Shown here: piece after piece, positions 47,966-58,617 of the stretch
Position numbering within the stretch: the stretch's first letter is position 1
Layout of the letters: each line of letters starts with the position of its first letter
NCBI GenBank assembly: GCA_963720565.1
Contig: CAVRFW010000003.1
Span: 96,001 to 160,000 of the forward strand
Source of the DNA: Candidatus Bathyarchaeota archaeon
Lineage (GTDB): Archaea; Thermoproteota; Bathyarchaeia; Bathyarchaeales; Bathycorpusculaceae
Reading direction: 5' to 3'
Length of the DNA: 64,000 nt
Notes under the pieces: generated by a model
The model's input: only the letters and a program-made list of their open reading frames with translations
Database searches by the model: none
Told to the model about the DNA's origin: nothing
Program-made: the position numbers and the translations under genes

Positions 47966-50042
47966 TGTTTTACCACCAGCTGCTCTTTTAGTGAACAATT
48001 AGGATTAAAACATAAATTCCATGGATGTTTCCCTCCAGCCCAGACACGCACGGTAGGCCAACCACAACCTTTGCAGGTCTTGCCCGTTGGTTTTACGCCT
48101 CCTTTCTGTGGAAGAGGAAAAGCAGTTTTACACATATCTTTAAAATAGTTAGTGCAACCTACAAATCGTTTGTTTGTTTTCTTAGAATGCAGAATCACGA
48201 GTTTTCCGCTATTGCACATTGGGCACGCGCCGATTGTTCTCTCTTTGAGTTTAGATTTTCTTATTGCTTGAGTCAAGCTTGCGCCTATCACATTTTCGTT
48301 TTCCTTAAGTTCTCGTGTTGAAAGCTCCAAAATTGCCATGGTGTCGTTCAAAGTGTTTTGTTTTGTTTCATTTCCCTGTTGAATTTCGTTCATTCTTTTC
48401 TCAAGCTTACGAGTTAATTCAATTGATACAACCGAAGGACAGTGTTTTCTCAGAACTTCGATGACTTCGAATCCTAGGTCGGTCACCCTGATTTTTTCCT
48501 CTAGGATATATTCTCTATCGTACAAGGTTTGTATAATCCCTGCTCTTGTTGCCTTGGTTCCTATTTCTTCTCTTTCCATTTTCTTGAGGAGACTGTCTGG
48601 GATTGTATCTTGAAAGAGGTTTGGTAAACATGTCTTCCGCCTCTACTTTTTTGACATCGAGTTTCTGGCCTTCTTTCACACGAGGTATCGGTCTATCTTC
48701 TGAATGTATGTATGGCTTGTAGAAATGGAGCCAACCTTCTTTCAAGGTTAGTCTTCCATCCAGTTCAAACTGGCTTCCGCCAATTGCAGTAGTCATCCTT
48801 ACTCTCTGCTGAGTTGCAGGTTCTCCAAAAACTGCCATGAATCTTCTAACAATAAGATCCAATATTTTCTTTTCAGAGCTATTAAGAGTCCTATCCGGTA
48901 TGTTGCCTGTGGGGTAAATAGCGGGATGGGCTAAGTCTTCCACTTTTCCCTCTGTTGGTTTCAGGGTGGATTTGGCGAGAAGCTCTGAGGTTAAGCCCTT
49001 ATATTCTCTGTTTCTGTTCAGCTTCTTTAGTATGTCATCATACCCTATTGATGGCGGAAGCTTTTGGCTTCCTGTCCTCGGGTAGGAAATTAAAGCGTCT
49101 AAATACAAGCGTTGAGCAATGTTCAAAGTGTAAATTGGAGAATACTTGAAAAGGCGGTACGCTTCACTTTGTAGAGAACCTATGTCGAAAGGGTATGGTG
49201 GTCTCTGCAAAAACTCTTCAGCGTCAAATTTTTTCTACAGTTCCTTCCTTTGTTTTGCAGCGGGCAACTATCACATCGGCTTCTGTTTTGGTCTTAATGT
49301 CTTCTCTGTTTTCAACTTCAAAAACTGAGCCTGCAATAACGATTTTTGCTTTCACTTTCCAATAAGGGGTAGGCACGAAACACTTTATCTTCTTCTCTCT
49401 TGCCTCAATAAATTTTAGTGTTGGTCCCTGGACTCTTCCTGTGCTGAGTGTAGCGTAATATCCACTGTACCTTTTTGCTGCTGTGGTCAGTGCTCTGGAG
49501 AGGTTTACTCCGTAAAGCCAATCAACTTCATGCCTTGTCAGTCCAGCTTCGATGAGTGCAAAATCCAAGTTTGGCAAGGCTTGGGTGTATGCTTTTTCAA
49601 GTTCTTCTTTTGTAAGTGTTGAGTATTTCATACGTTTTGCAGTTTTTTCCTTTCCTCCGCAGGCGTATTTCAGGATGCAATAGCCAATTATGCTCCCTTC
49701 AATATCGTAGTCACATGCATCGATAAACACGTCTGCGCTATTGCTAAGTTCTGATATGACGTTGAGCCAGGTGCGAATTCTTGCTGCTCCACGTTCAGCC
49801 ATGTATCTAGGAACCCACTGTAAATCGAAAACTGGGTAGGTTGATCTTCCTTTCTTTTTGCTTGTTAACGTGTATAGGTGTCCTAAAGCCGGAACAACGA
49901 TTACTGTTTCGTTTCTCTTAGCTTCATAATATGGAACACCTTTCTCTACAGTCTTCTTCGCTTTTCCTGAAGTGGATATTGCCGAGGCTATTCTTTCCGC
50001 AGCATCAGGTTTTTCAGTGATAATTAGGGTGTACCTCTGCAA
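47962..50042 (-). CDS. topA: DNA topoisomerase IA (two apparent +1 insertions near 49228 and 48593)
   Basis: Toprim ITEKP and ACDYDIEG, STGRVQGPTL, catalytic ISYPRT, AHPAIYPT, IGTKATRA and C-terminal Zn ribbons, across three ORFs. Confidence 0.93.
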
Positions 50043-50264
50043 ATCTCGCAATCCACACTTTTGCATTGAGATTGATTTCCAACTCAAAAAGGTTTGCGAG
50101 AACTGAAGTTCGCTTTAGAAAGCTCTTCTGCCACTTTCAGATTTTCGTGCCAGATATTGTCTATCTGAAAATGTTTCAAGAGAGTTTGAAATTGACTATT
50201 GCACAGCTAGTAATGAATAAATATGGGGCAAATGTTACAATTTTCCAATACGAAGTGGATTACA

Positions 50265-50429
50265 ATGCCTCAACGAGTTATTTGCCACGGATGTAATCAC
50301 GTGTTGTATGACGGCACGGAGCTAAAGCCTCCTGACGAGATTTTGCATCAATACGAAGGGATATGTCCCAAATGTGGCAAGAAACTCTCTCTGCTACCTA
50401 TAGACGTCGAAGTAAAACCTTTCAAATAA
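50265..50429 (+). CDS. Small zinc-ribbon protein
   Basis: CHGC...CPKCG in 54 aa. Confidence 0.7.
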   Translation: MPQRVICHGCNHVLYDGTELKPPDEILHQYEGICPKCGKKLSLLPIDVEVKPFK

Positions 50430-50765
50430 CATAGTCTTTAGTTGAGGCTTCTATTCAATGCCTCTGAATGTTTTACATAGGCAAATGCGGTGATGGGATA
50501 TTTTCGCGAGAGTCACGGAACCGCTCAACGCTTTTCTTAAAATTACTGGAAGCCTCCGTTCTTACGGTGCATAGACTTCCAAATTGCAGTCCTTTGGTTT
50601 TGCAATAAGGCATAAGAACACACTGACAAATTGCCAACAACATTTAAGCCATTCTCGGAAAGCCATAAATAAACGACGGATGTGATATAAACAATTATTA
50701 ACGACAAAAATAGATTAAGATTTCATTAGTGTGAAGGGATGGCTTGAAGCGGAGGAACGAAGATA

Positions 50766-52994
50766 TTGTCTAAGGAAAAAATCGTTAACGGGCTTAAATC
50801 TTTTGGAAGGCTACGGATTCAAACAAGCCATGCTTCAATAATCTGTTTTTCCGCTTTATTCCTGATACTCTTCATTGCTTTTACTATTCGCATTTTGCCC
50901 ATACGTTGGGAGATACCTTCAGGCACTATACGTCTTAACGAATTTGATCCTTATTACCAGTATAGCCTCACAAGCCATATGGTTCAATATGGTTTGTTGT
51001 CTCCTTATTGGCCAACACCTTGGGTAAACACGATGCAATGGTACCCTGGCGGATTACCCATGTATATTTCCTTGCCTGGTCTACCAATGACAGCAGCGGT
51101 ATTGTACAGCATTGTCTCCTTTTTGGTCCCAAACGTGGATTTAATGGCGTTCTGCTCCATACTGCCGGCGATACTGGGTACAGTATCGGTATTTGTACTA
51201 TATTTACTGGGTAAGGATATGGGTGGGAAATCAGTTGGTTTGCTATCAGCCCTTTTCTTAGCTTTGGCTCCTTCTTTTCTTCAAAGGAGCGCTCTAGGCT
51301 TTTTTGACACAGAAACTGTGGGTGTGTTTGGGCTCTTACTCTTCGTTTTTCTGTTCTTAAGGTCAATTGAAGAAAACAGATCTTTGCGTTCATCATTGCT
51401 ATACTCTTTGGCCGCTGGAGGTGCATTAGCGTACTTCATCTTAAGTTGGGGCGCAGCGTATTACTTGATGGGTTTGATCGCGCTCTTTGTTTTCGCGCTG
51501 ATCCTGATGAAAAGGTATAGTCAACGACTACTCATAGGTTATAGCATTAGTTTTGGATTAGCCCTTTTCGTAGCCACGAGGTTTCCAGTCATTTCCCCTA
51601 GTTATTTGACATCGGGTCCGGTCGTAGTAATCGCAGGCGTCTTCATTCTGCTCGTCTTATCGGAGATACTTCGCAACAATATATCGTTGAGAACAAAGAC
51701 AGTGTTAACAGCAGCATCACTAGTCGTGATAGTTGGCGGCTTCATAGTCACGTGGCAGTTCGGTTATCTTGGGAACATTGCCGGCAAATTCATCTCGGTG
51801 CTGGATCCGTTCGTCCGATCTGCAACTCCACTGTTGGAGTCTGTAGCTGAACACAGAATTTCATCTTGGGGAAACATCTACTATGATGTCGGAATAAGCA
51901 TACTCTTCTTTGTAACAGGCTTGTACTTCGCACTTAGAAATCCCAGTAACAGAAACGTGTTCCTGCTGATTTTTGGCGCAACATCACTTTACTTTGCAGC
52001 TTCAATGGTGCGTCTGCTCGTTATTTTTGCCCCTGCATTCAGCATCATTGCGGCTATAGGCGTTTTTGGTGTTTTGAAGCCGTTTTTCACTCTTCTGAGA
52101 GAAACGCCCCAGATGGTAATGAAGTCAAAGCGCAAGCTCGAGCGAGTTAGCAAAGAGTACAGTGGAATCGCCATTTTTCTCGTTTTTATTCTGCTAGTTA
52201 CAAACCTAGCTTTTTCTCCTCAAAACGGTGGTATGCCGAGAGTATACGGTCAAGCTTACGCGCCGATTACTATAAGCGCTGCCAGTATTCCAATATTGCC
52301 TTCTGAACAAGTGCCAACTTGGCTAAACATGCTTAGTTACACTAAGACCAATCTTCAGTCAACAGATGTCGTATGCTCCTGGTGGGACTACGGATATTGG
52401 CTAACATTAATGGGCAACGTTACGACTTTAGCCGACAACGCCACAATCAATACAACACAGATAGAGAACATAGGCTTCATCTTCATGGCAAATGAAACGC
52501 AAGCACTTGAAATGCTGAAACTTTACGATGCCAAATACATTCTTGTCTTCACGGTACTAGCTGTAGGTCAGACTACCAGTGGGACGTACCAAGCCTATCC
52601 GGTGAACCTTGGAGACGAAGGAAAATGGGCATGGATGGCCAGAATTTCAGGTCAAGCTAGCAAGCGACTTGTCGAAGACGGATTCATTGAAGAGGCAGAA
52701 GCTTGGACAGACGAAACAGCTTTTGGTAATTCCACATCATCGGGTTCTTGGAGTTGGAACAACAAAGGATCGAACTCGACGGTTTACAAACTAATGAGCC
52801 ATGCATGGCAAAGATGGGTAGACACAATTGGAAACCTATACGGAATAACCCTGTCAGAAACCACTGCAACACCTACCTACTTCAAGGAAGCAACAATAAC
52901 TGGCATAACTGTTTTGCCCTCGGAATATGGGGGCTTAATACCACTGGTTGCCCTCTACGAGATTGACTGGGAAACATACAATAGTTCAACTTAG
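50766..52994 (+). CDS. aglB: Oligosaccharyltransferase AglB/STT3
   Basis: EFDPY, GFFDTE, SVAEH, diagnostic WWDYG, TLADNAT and DEGKWAWM motifs; many TM helices. Confidence 0.96.
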   Translation: MSKEKIVNGLKSFGRLRIQTSHASIICFSALFLILFIAFTIRILPIRWEIPSGTIRLNEFDPYYQYSLTSHMVQYGLLSPYWPTPWVNTMQWYPGGLPMYISLPGLPMTAAVLYSIVSFLVPNVDLMAFCSILPAILGTVSVFVLYLLGKDMGGKSVGLLSALFLALAPSFLQRSALGFFDTETVGVFGLLLFVFLFLRSIEENRSLRSSLLYSLAAGGALAYFILSWGAAYYLMGLIALFVFALILMKRYSQRLLIGYSISFGLALFVATRFPVISPSYLTSGPVVVIAGVFILLVLSEILRNNISLRTKTVLTAASLVVIVGGFIVTWQFGYLGNIAGKFISVLDPFVRSATPLLESVAEHRISSWGNIYYDVGISILFFVTGLYFALRNPSNRNVFLLIFGATSLYFAASMVRLLVIFAPAFSIIAAIGVFGVLKPFFTLLRETPQMVMKSKRKLERVSKEYSGIAIFLVFILLVTNLAFSPQNGGMPRVYGQAYAPITISAASIPILPSEQVPTWLNMLSYTKTNLQSTDVVCSWWDYGYWLTLMGNVTTLADNATINTTQIENIGFIFMANETQALEMLKLYDAKYILVFTVLAVGQTTSGTYQAYPVNLGDEGKWAWMARISGQASKRLVEDGFIEEAEAWTDETAFGNSTSSGSWSWNNKGSNSTVYKLMSHAWQRWVDTIGNLYGITLSETTATPTYFKEATITGITVLPSEYGGLIPLVALYEIDWETYNSST

Positions 52995-53022
52995 GCAAGC
53001 TGAAAGCTAAGGACGCGATAAA

Positions 53023-53892
53023 TTGTTTCCGAAAGTTCCAGACCAGCACAAAGCAGGTCAACCCCTAATCCCCAACGGTCTAGGCGTGTTCTACGTCTTA
53101 TTCACCACCGTCTACCTTTTCTCTATATACTTCATTGGTGTTGACAGAGCCGCAAACGGCGTTTCAGCTTCCTTAACCCTGGCCGCATGCATATTGTTTG
53201 GGGGCTTCATGGGTTTACTTGATGACTGGATGGACCTGAAATGGCGCTACAAAGCTTTTATGCCGCTAATCGCGGCTTTGCCACTGATTCAGTTTGCACT
53301 CGGGAATCCCCTTACACGCACATCGATATCTTTACCCATTGTAGGCTTGATTCAGTTTGGTGATGCATACTACTTCCTTATTATTCCCTTGATCGTCATG
53401 ATCGTGACCAATACTGTAAACCAGCTGGGAGGCTTGAATGGTTTGGAAACAGTCTGTCCAGCAATAGTTCTGATAGGGCTGACGGCAATGTCATCTCAAT
53501 TGTTTCAGATCCTGATGGTTGGGCCTTTAATCCTGTGGGTCATTCTTCTTGTTTTAAACATTCAAGGCAAGATTTTCGTCGGCAATACTGGATCATTTGC
53601 GATAGGAATGACAGTAGCGTCGTTTGCGATAATCACAGATTTGAAATCGAGCTTGTTGATTTCGATTTTGCCCTATGTTTTCAATTCAGTTCTAATTCTT
53701 TCGGCGATTTTGTTTTTGAAGAAAAGAGCAAGCCTATCGTTTGACGGCAAAAGACTTGTTTCGGACCATAGGAGAAGCTTGGCTACACTCATAGCGTATC
53801 GACGGTCCTTAACTGAACGCAAATTGGTAACCATAATATCGTTCCTTTTTGTGTTCTTTACACTACTCGCCGTGTTTGTTGAGTTTTTCTAA
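53023..53892 (+). CDS. Polyprenyl-phosphate HexNAc-1-phosphate transferase (MraY/GPT, AglH-like)
   Basis: GLLDDW, NTVNQLGGLNGLE, KIFVGNTGSF and LTER motifs; adjacent to aglB. Confidence 0.85.
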   Translation: MFPKVPDQHKAGQPLIPNGLGVFYVLFTTVYLFSIYFIGVDRAANGVSASLTLAACILFGGFMGLLDDWMDLKWRYKAFMPLIAALPLIQFALGNPLTRTSISLPIVGLIQFGDAYYFLIIPLIVMIVTNTVNQLGGLNGLETVCPAIVLIGLTAMSSQLFQILMVGPLILWVILLVLNIQGKIFVGNTGSFAIGMTVASFAIITDLKSSLLISILPYVFNSVLILSAILFLKKRASLSFDGKRLVSDHRRSLATLIAYRRSLTERKLVTIISFLFVFFTLLAVFVEFF

Positions 53893-54022
53893 CTCTTTTT
53901 TCGATTCTGAACAAGTTGGCACATCGCATTTCTTCTTCACTTAACAGGAACTGCTCCGGCTAATGCCGTTCTTGTTAGTTCAATAAGTTTAATAGGAAAT
54001 ATGCAAGTGGATAAGAACCAAA

Positions 54023-54082
54023 GGCGGGTAGGTGGACCTCCACCCGTTCCGCTGCTAAACAAATCCCGGTGTAGGAGGTGGA
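54023..54082 (+). promoter_or_regulatory. Structured 5' leader of queT containing an anti-SD element (candidate riboswitch)
   Basis: Stem CGGGT/ACCCG encloses a loop with ACCTCC, complementary to the SD GGAGGT at 54074-54079. Confidence 0.4.
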
Positions 54083-54085
54083 AAA

Positions 54086-54634
54086 GTGAGATTCGATAGT
54101 AGAGATTTGACATCAACTGCTGTCTTTGCTGCATTGTACGTAGTGATAAATGTCGTTGAGGCAATGGCTGTGGGAGGTCCGGTTTTTACGTATGGACCTA
54201 TTCAGTTGCGCGTTGCTGATGCTCTGATAGCTTTGGCGGCGTTGCTCGGTTGGCCTGTAATCGGCGGGGTGACCATAGGCTGTTTCGTGACTAACGCGTA
54301 TTTTTTCCTCGGTGCTCCAGACCTGTTTTTGGGGCCTGTCGCCAATCTGATTGCGGCTTACCTTGTACTGTTGCTTAGGAAACATCATTTGATAGCATGT
54401 GTTGCAGGTGCTTTGCCCATAGGCTTCATTGTTGGAGGGTACCTTTGGCTGTTCTTTCCTGCGCCAGAAATTTTCGGCGCTTTGCCGGCATGGTTGGGCA
54501 TGATTATCAGTATAACGCTCAGTAGCCTCGTCGCCATTGCTGTCTTAGGATACTTGCTGCTTTCAACGCTTAGTCGTCCAAATATTCTAAACCCGTTGAA
54601 GTCTCATGGTTTAAGAGTTGTAGATGCAAAATAG
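54086..54634 (+). CDS. queT: QueT-family (preQ0/preQ1) transporter S component
   Basis: AVFAALYVV, YGPIQLRVADAL, GVTIGCFVTN and D...G..ANL motifs. Confidence 0.85.
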   Translation: MRFDSRDLTSTAVFAALYVVINVVEAMAVGGPVFTYGPIQLRVADALIALAALLGWPVIGGVTIGCFVTNAYFFLGAPDLFLGPVANLIAAYLVLLLRKHHLIACVAGALPIGFIVGGYLWLFFPAPEIFGALPAWLGMIISITLSSLVAIAVLGYLLLSTLSRPNILNPLKSHGLRVVDAK

Positions 54635-57328
54635 CTATCCTAGGAACCTTTCCAGTTTAGTTAGTCCGATGATTTCGTCGAAGCTTAAACCTAGTGCATC
54701 CAAAACTTGGTCGAAGGTTGAGTGCAGGTACGCAATGTACTTGTCCACGTCAACCTCGTTTTTCGTGGCTAGCTGAACTGGTTTTACGTGAGGTTCTCTT
54801 ATGGTTTTGACGAAACTTATCAAGTCTCCTGCTCTTATTTCCACCTTGTTTTCCTCTAGAATCTTTGCTGCTTTAACGTGTTGAGGTGTGGTCTTCGTGT
54901 AACGATTAAGGTCTTCTCCCAGAACTACGTGGAAGGCAAGTTCATCGAGGTTTTCCCACTCTCTCTTCTTCAATCGCGTATAGCGTTCGCGGACAATGTT
55001 TGCAATGTCTTTTTTTGCCTTTTCGAACTCTGTTGGGTTTTTTACCTGCGCTAGTCTGTCTTTCATTTGGTTGAATGCGTTCTTGATGAAGATTGGGATA
55101 TGCTTCTTCTTGCCAGTTAATCCCTTCACATCGACAGAACCGTCTTCCAAAACCCCGAGGTAGTTCTTCTTTCGGCTGCTGAAAACCGCGTATCTATAGA
55201 CTTTCTCCATGTCTATGCTCATTCTCAGTTCATGTTCAGTCCAGCGAATCAGCTCTCTGACTTGTTCTTTGGATGGGTTCTTAAGGAAAAGGCTGTCAGT
55301 GTCTCCGTAGAGAACCTGAATACCAAGAGACTCCGCATGTTTCAGTATTTGGGTAATGCTATGTCTTCCGATAGCTGCAGTGGCTTCAGCAACTGGCGGG
55401 CAGTACAGGTCAAAGCTGTCAGCGCCAAAAACGCCGTAGCTGGCATTCAAAATCACCTTAAGCGCGCCTTGTGTAATCTTATACCAGCTTCTTAGCTCAT
55501 CTGGCAAGGTCTGGTCCTTAGACCTTAGTTTGTACCATCGAACGCGAAGGTCTCTAAGTGAACCAATTAGGAGGCTTTCTAAAGAGCGTTCTTTTGTGCA
55601 GACCCAATGTGACGTGCCGGGCACAATGTTTGTGCGGCATTCCGGATGTTGACAGAGTATGGATTGGTATCCGAGATTCCAGACTTTTATTATGGAAGGA
55701 TATAGGCTCGGGAAGTCCATCACTGCAACGTTAAAATGGACTCCAGGGATTGGGTCAACTACAATTGCTCCTTTGTATTTTTTCCCTTTTATGATGGCTG
55801 TTGTAGATGTTTTGCCTTTCTTGTCGAGTATGTCTTCAGCGTTTGGAAGTAACATATTCTTTTTTCTGTGTTCACGATGCATGAAATTCCGTATCCAGCG
55901 GCTTACTCCTTGGCGGCTGACGTCTTCCATGGGCATGCTGCTGATTCTTGCCAGAACCATGATTAGTTTCATGGTTAGTTCATCTTCGAAACTTGTTAGT
56001 TTGAAGGTGATTTCAGAGTCTCTAAGGCAGTATTGAGCAAGTTCGGTGTAGGTTAGGTCTCCGAAACTTTTTTCTAGCCGTATCTTCTCCATGCCAATTA
56101 TGGCTTTGCCGACGTCGTTAAGTGTCACGTCGCGGTAACGGTTGTTGAAGGCGTAGATCTGGATAGATCTGTTGTAGAAGAATTTGTACAAGTCAATGTG
56201 AATGCCATATCTTAGGAGGCAGACACGTTTACCAACTTCAATGGGGACATCGGATTTCCTCATGCCGAGGTTAAGGGCTCGGTGCATTAGGTAGCGCAGG
56301 TCAAAATCGTCCCCATTGAACGTTAGAACGAAGGGGTATTCCCATAAAACTTCAAAAACAGCTTTTAGGAGTTTTTCTTCGGTATCATAATACTCGAGTT
56401 TCACGTCCGCGGGTAGATATTGGTTACCTTCACGGGTTCCTTCTCGTTTTAAGATAAGCACTCTTTTCTGCAAGTCTGAACTGCAGACTGAAACACATAT
56501 AACTGGATACGCGGCTTCGCGTGGATCTGGTACTCTCGTGGAGACCGTTGCGTAAACTTCTATGTCCAAAGCTGCTCTGCGGAACTTGGGAGCTGGATAC
56601 TCCAATAGTCTCGCCCATTCCGTGAGGTATTGTAATTCTTCTGAGGTCGCTTCTGGAAAAATTGCTTCTATCTGTTTAACAGTTTTTTCAGTTTGCTCCG
56701 ATACTGTTGGAACGAGGTTATCATTCTTAACTTCGTAGATCATTCCAGGCAGGAACTGTTTGTCGTAGATGTAGCATTGATAATATTTTATTCTGGCCTC
56801 CCAGACTTTTGCCTCTTCATTGTTAGCCATACTGGCGGAGGTCTTCGGAAAGTCTTCAGGAATTATGTCCCTTATTGTTCCCTGAGGTCTGCCTCCAATG
56901 GCTAACGGATCGCTTGTGACGATTTTCGTTACCTGTACTTGTCTGTCAAGAAGTGGATCAAACTTTTGCGTTGATTCTAAGTGGTCAAAACCTTCATGTT
57001 TTATTAGCCGCTCGATCCTTTCCAGTCTGCTCTGGGATAAATTAGTTAGGCAGTAGGGCTTGTGTCCTGTGTTGTCGTACCAGAAGTAAATGTCACCGCT
57101 TGTGGGCTCGTAGAGTTTTAGGACTGCCTTCCTTAGGCGCCCATCATAACCGGCAGAAACGATGTATGATGGCGGCAGGTTATGAGGTGCAACAGGTGGG
57201 AAAACACGGTGTTTTCTCTGCTTTCTTTCGATATCACTCTTGATAGTTGGCAGCGCTTCCGCTTTGTTTTCTATGATACTTGGTTTTTTCTGCACCTCAG
57301 AGTAGTAATCTAAGCTTTTCTGCGCCAA
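54635..57328 (-). CDS. polB: Family B DNA polymerase (PolB1-like)
   Basis: Exonuclease DIEV and FNGDDFD; polymerase DFPSLYPS, K..LNASYG, YGDTDS and KKNY motifs; N-terminal YDNTGHKPY typical of TACK PolB1. Confidence 0.96.
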   Translation of the reverse strand: MAQKSLDYYSEVQKKPSIIENKAEALPTIKSDIERKQRKHRVFPPVAPHNLPPSYIVSAGYDGRLRKAVLKLYEPTSGDIYFWYDNTGHKPYCLTNLSQSRLERIERLIKHEGFDHLESTQKFDPLLDRQVQVTKIVTSDPLAIGGRPQGTIRDIIPEDFPKTSASMANNEEAKVWEARIKYYQCYIYDKQFLPGMIYEVKNDNLVPTVSEQTEKTVKQIEAIFPEATSEELQYLTEWARLLEYPAPKFRRAALDIEVYATVSTRVPDPREAAYPVICVSVCSSDLQKRVLILKREGTREGNQYLPADVKLEYYDTEEKLLKAVFEVLWEYPFVLTFNGDDFDLRYLMHRALNLGMRKSDVPIEVGKRVCLLRYGIHIDLYKFFYNRSIQIYAFNNRYRDVTLNDVGKAIIGMEKIRLEKSFGDLTYTELAQYCLRDSEITFKLTSFEDELTMKLIMVLARISSMPMEDVSRQGVSRWIRNFMHREHRKKNMLLPNAEDILDKKGKTSTTAIIKGKKYKGAIVVDPIPGVHFNVAVMDFPSLYPSIIKVWNLGYQSILCQHPECRTNIVPGTSHWVCTKERSLESLLIGSLRDLRVRWYKLRSKDQTLPDELRSWYKITQGALKVILNASYGVFGADSFDLYCPPVAEATAAIGRHSITQILKHAESLGIQVLYGDTDSLFLKNPSKEQVRELIRWTEHELRMSIDMEKVYRYAVFSSRKKNYLGVLEDGSVDVKGLTGKKKHIPIFIKNAFNQMKDRLAQVKNPTEFEKAKKDIANIVRERYTRLKKREWENLDELAFHVVLGEDLNRYTKTTPQHVKAAKILEENKVEIRAGDLISFVKTIREPHVKPVQLATKNEVDVDKYIAYLHSTFDQVLDALGLSFDEIIGLTKLERFLG

Positions 57329-57594
57329 CTTTGCTTCTTGCCCTTGGTCACCTTATGGCTTGTACAGACTAAAATGTTTGTTGACCGCTACTTTTCTTCT
57401 TCTCCGTTGGAAATACTGCAATTCCTATTCAAAGTGCCTCCGCTAATTCGAGCGATGTTGCCGTTTTGGGTAGACATAACCCTGCAATTGCTTGTTGAAA
57501 GCCCTGTTCTCTAGGAAGAGCTAAATCAAACTTTTAACTTTCCATGACTCGTGGCAAACTCGTGGGAGTTGTTCTGCCACGGTAAAGAGGAATA

Positions 57595-58552
57595 ATGATG
57601 AAGAAAAACTATAAGCAAATCATTAACCGGGTTAGTATTGGGGTTGCTTCTGACAAGTCTGCTAAGCTTGGCGACTATAGTTCCAGCAGAAGCACAAGAA
57701 TCAGTTGACCCTTACACAGTCGGTTTGTGGCATCTGAACGAGGTGTTCCCTGATGGTTACCAAGAAAAGACACCTGACGCTACAGGACAAAATCCCGGAA
57801 TCTTGGTTTCTGCGCCTGAGGCTCCTGCGCTTGTTGACGGCAAGTTTGACAAGGCTTTGAGCTTCGATGGAAACAACGGTGTGTATGTGCCCATTCGGTT
57901 CTTAGTGGGTTTCCCGCCTACCCCTCAACCCATCTACATACCAATATCCACAAGCCTAGATGTTTCGGAAGAGCTCAAAATTGAAGCTTGGATAAACGTA
58001 CACGACTTCAAGAACGTAACCTACAACAACATCGTGATCAAATGCACCCGTAGCGACGCCAGCTGGGAAAACGTAACCAGAGTATATGGTATCGCAGTCA
58101 AAGCCGGCATTAGCGAAAACGGACACACGGTATCGGTAGGAGCCCTCAGTGGTTACGTATACACTGATGCTGGTGGATTAAACGAGATAGTAACCACGGA
58201 ACAGGTGGTTCCTCTAAACGATTGGATTCACGTGGCCTTCACCCGCAACCTCGCCACAGGCATGCACCTGTACGTTAACGGGTACGAAAAAGAAGTCAAG
58301 GTTATTCACGGTGTCCAAAACCCAACCGGATCTATAATTAATGGAACAGAGGTTTACTTCGGTCACGATTCACAGGTTTCAATAGACGAAGTCCGCATCA
58401 GCAACCTTGACCCAGAATCACAGACTGTTGCAGCACAGATTGATATAGGACCAAATTTGTTAGCTGCCGTGATCGTTGTAGCAGTAATATTCGCTGCGGC
58501 TTGGCTTCTGCGAAGAGCACTCCAACTATGGCTTATTCGGTCAAGATCCTGA
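57595..58552 (+). CDS. Secreted, C-terminally anchored LamG/ConA-like domain protein
   Basis: GLWHLNE, GKFDKALSFDG, WIHVAFT, LYVNG and IDEVRIS motifs; C-terminal TM. The signal peptide MKKTISKSLTGLVLG is restored by deleting one A near 57605. Confidence 0.85.
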
Positions 58553-58617
58553 ATCGGTGTATATGCAAATTGAAACATCAAAGTAGGAATCAATTTTCTC
58601 TGCAAACGAGCAGGTGA

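Noticed and set aside
50473..50643. ~56-codon minus-strand ORF between the zinc-ribbon gene and aglB
   Set aside because: No recognisable motif or SD; likely a chance ORF.
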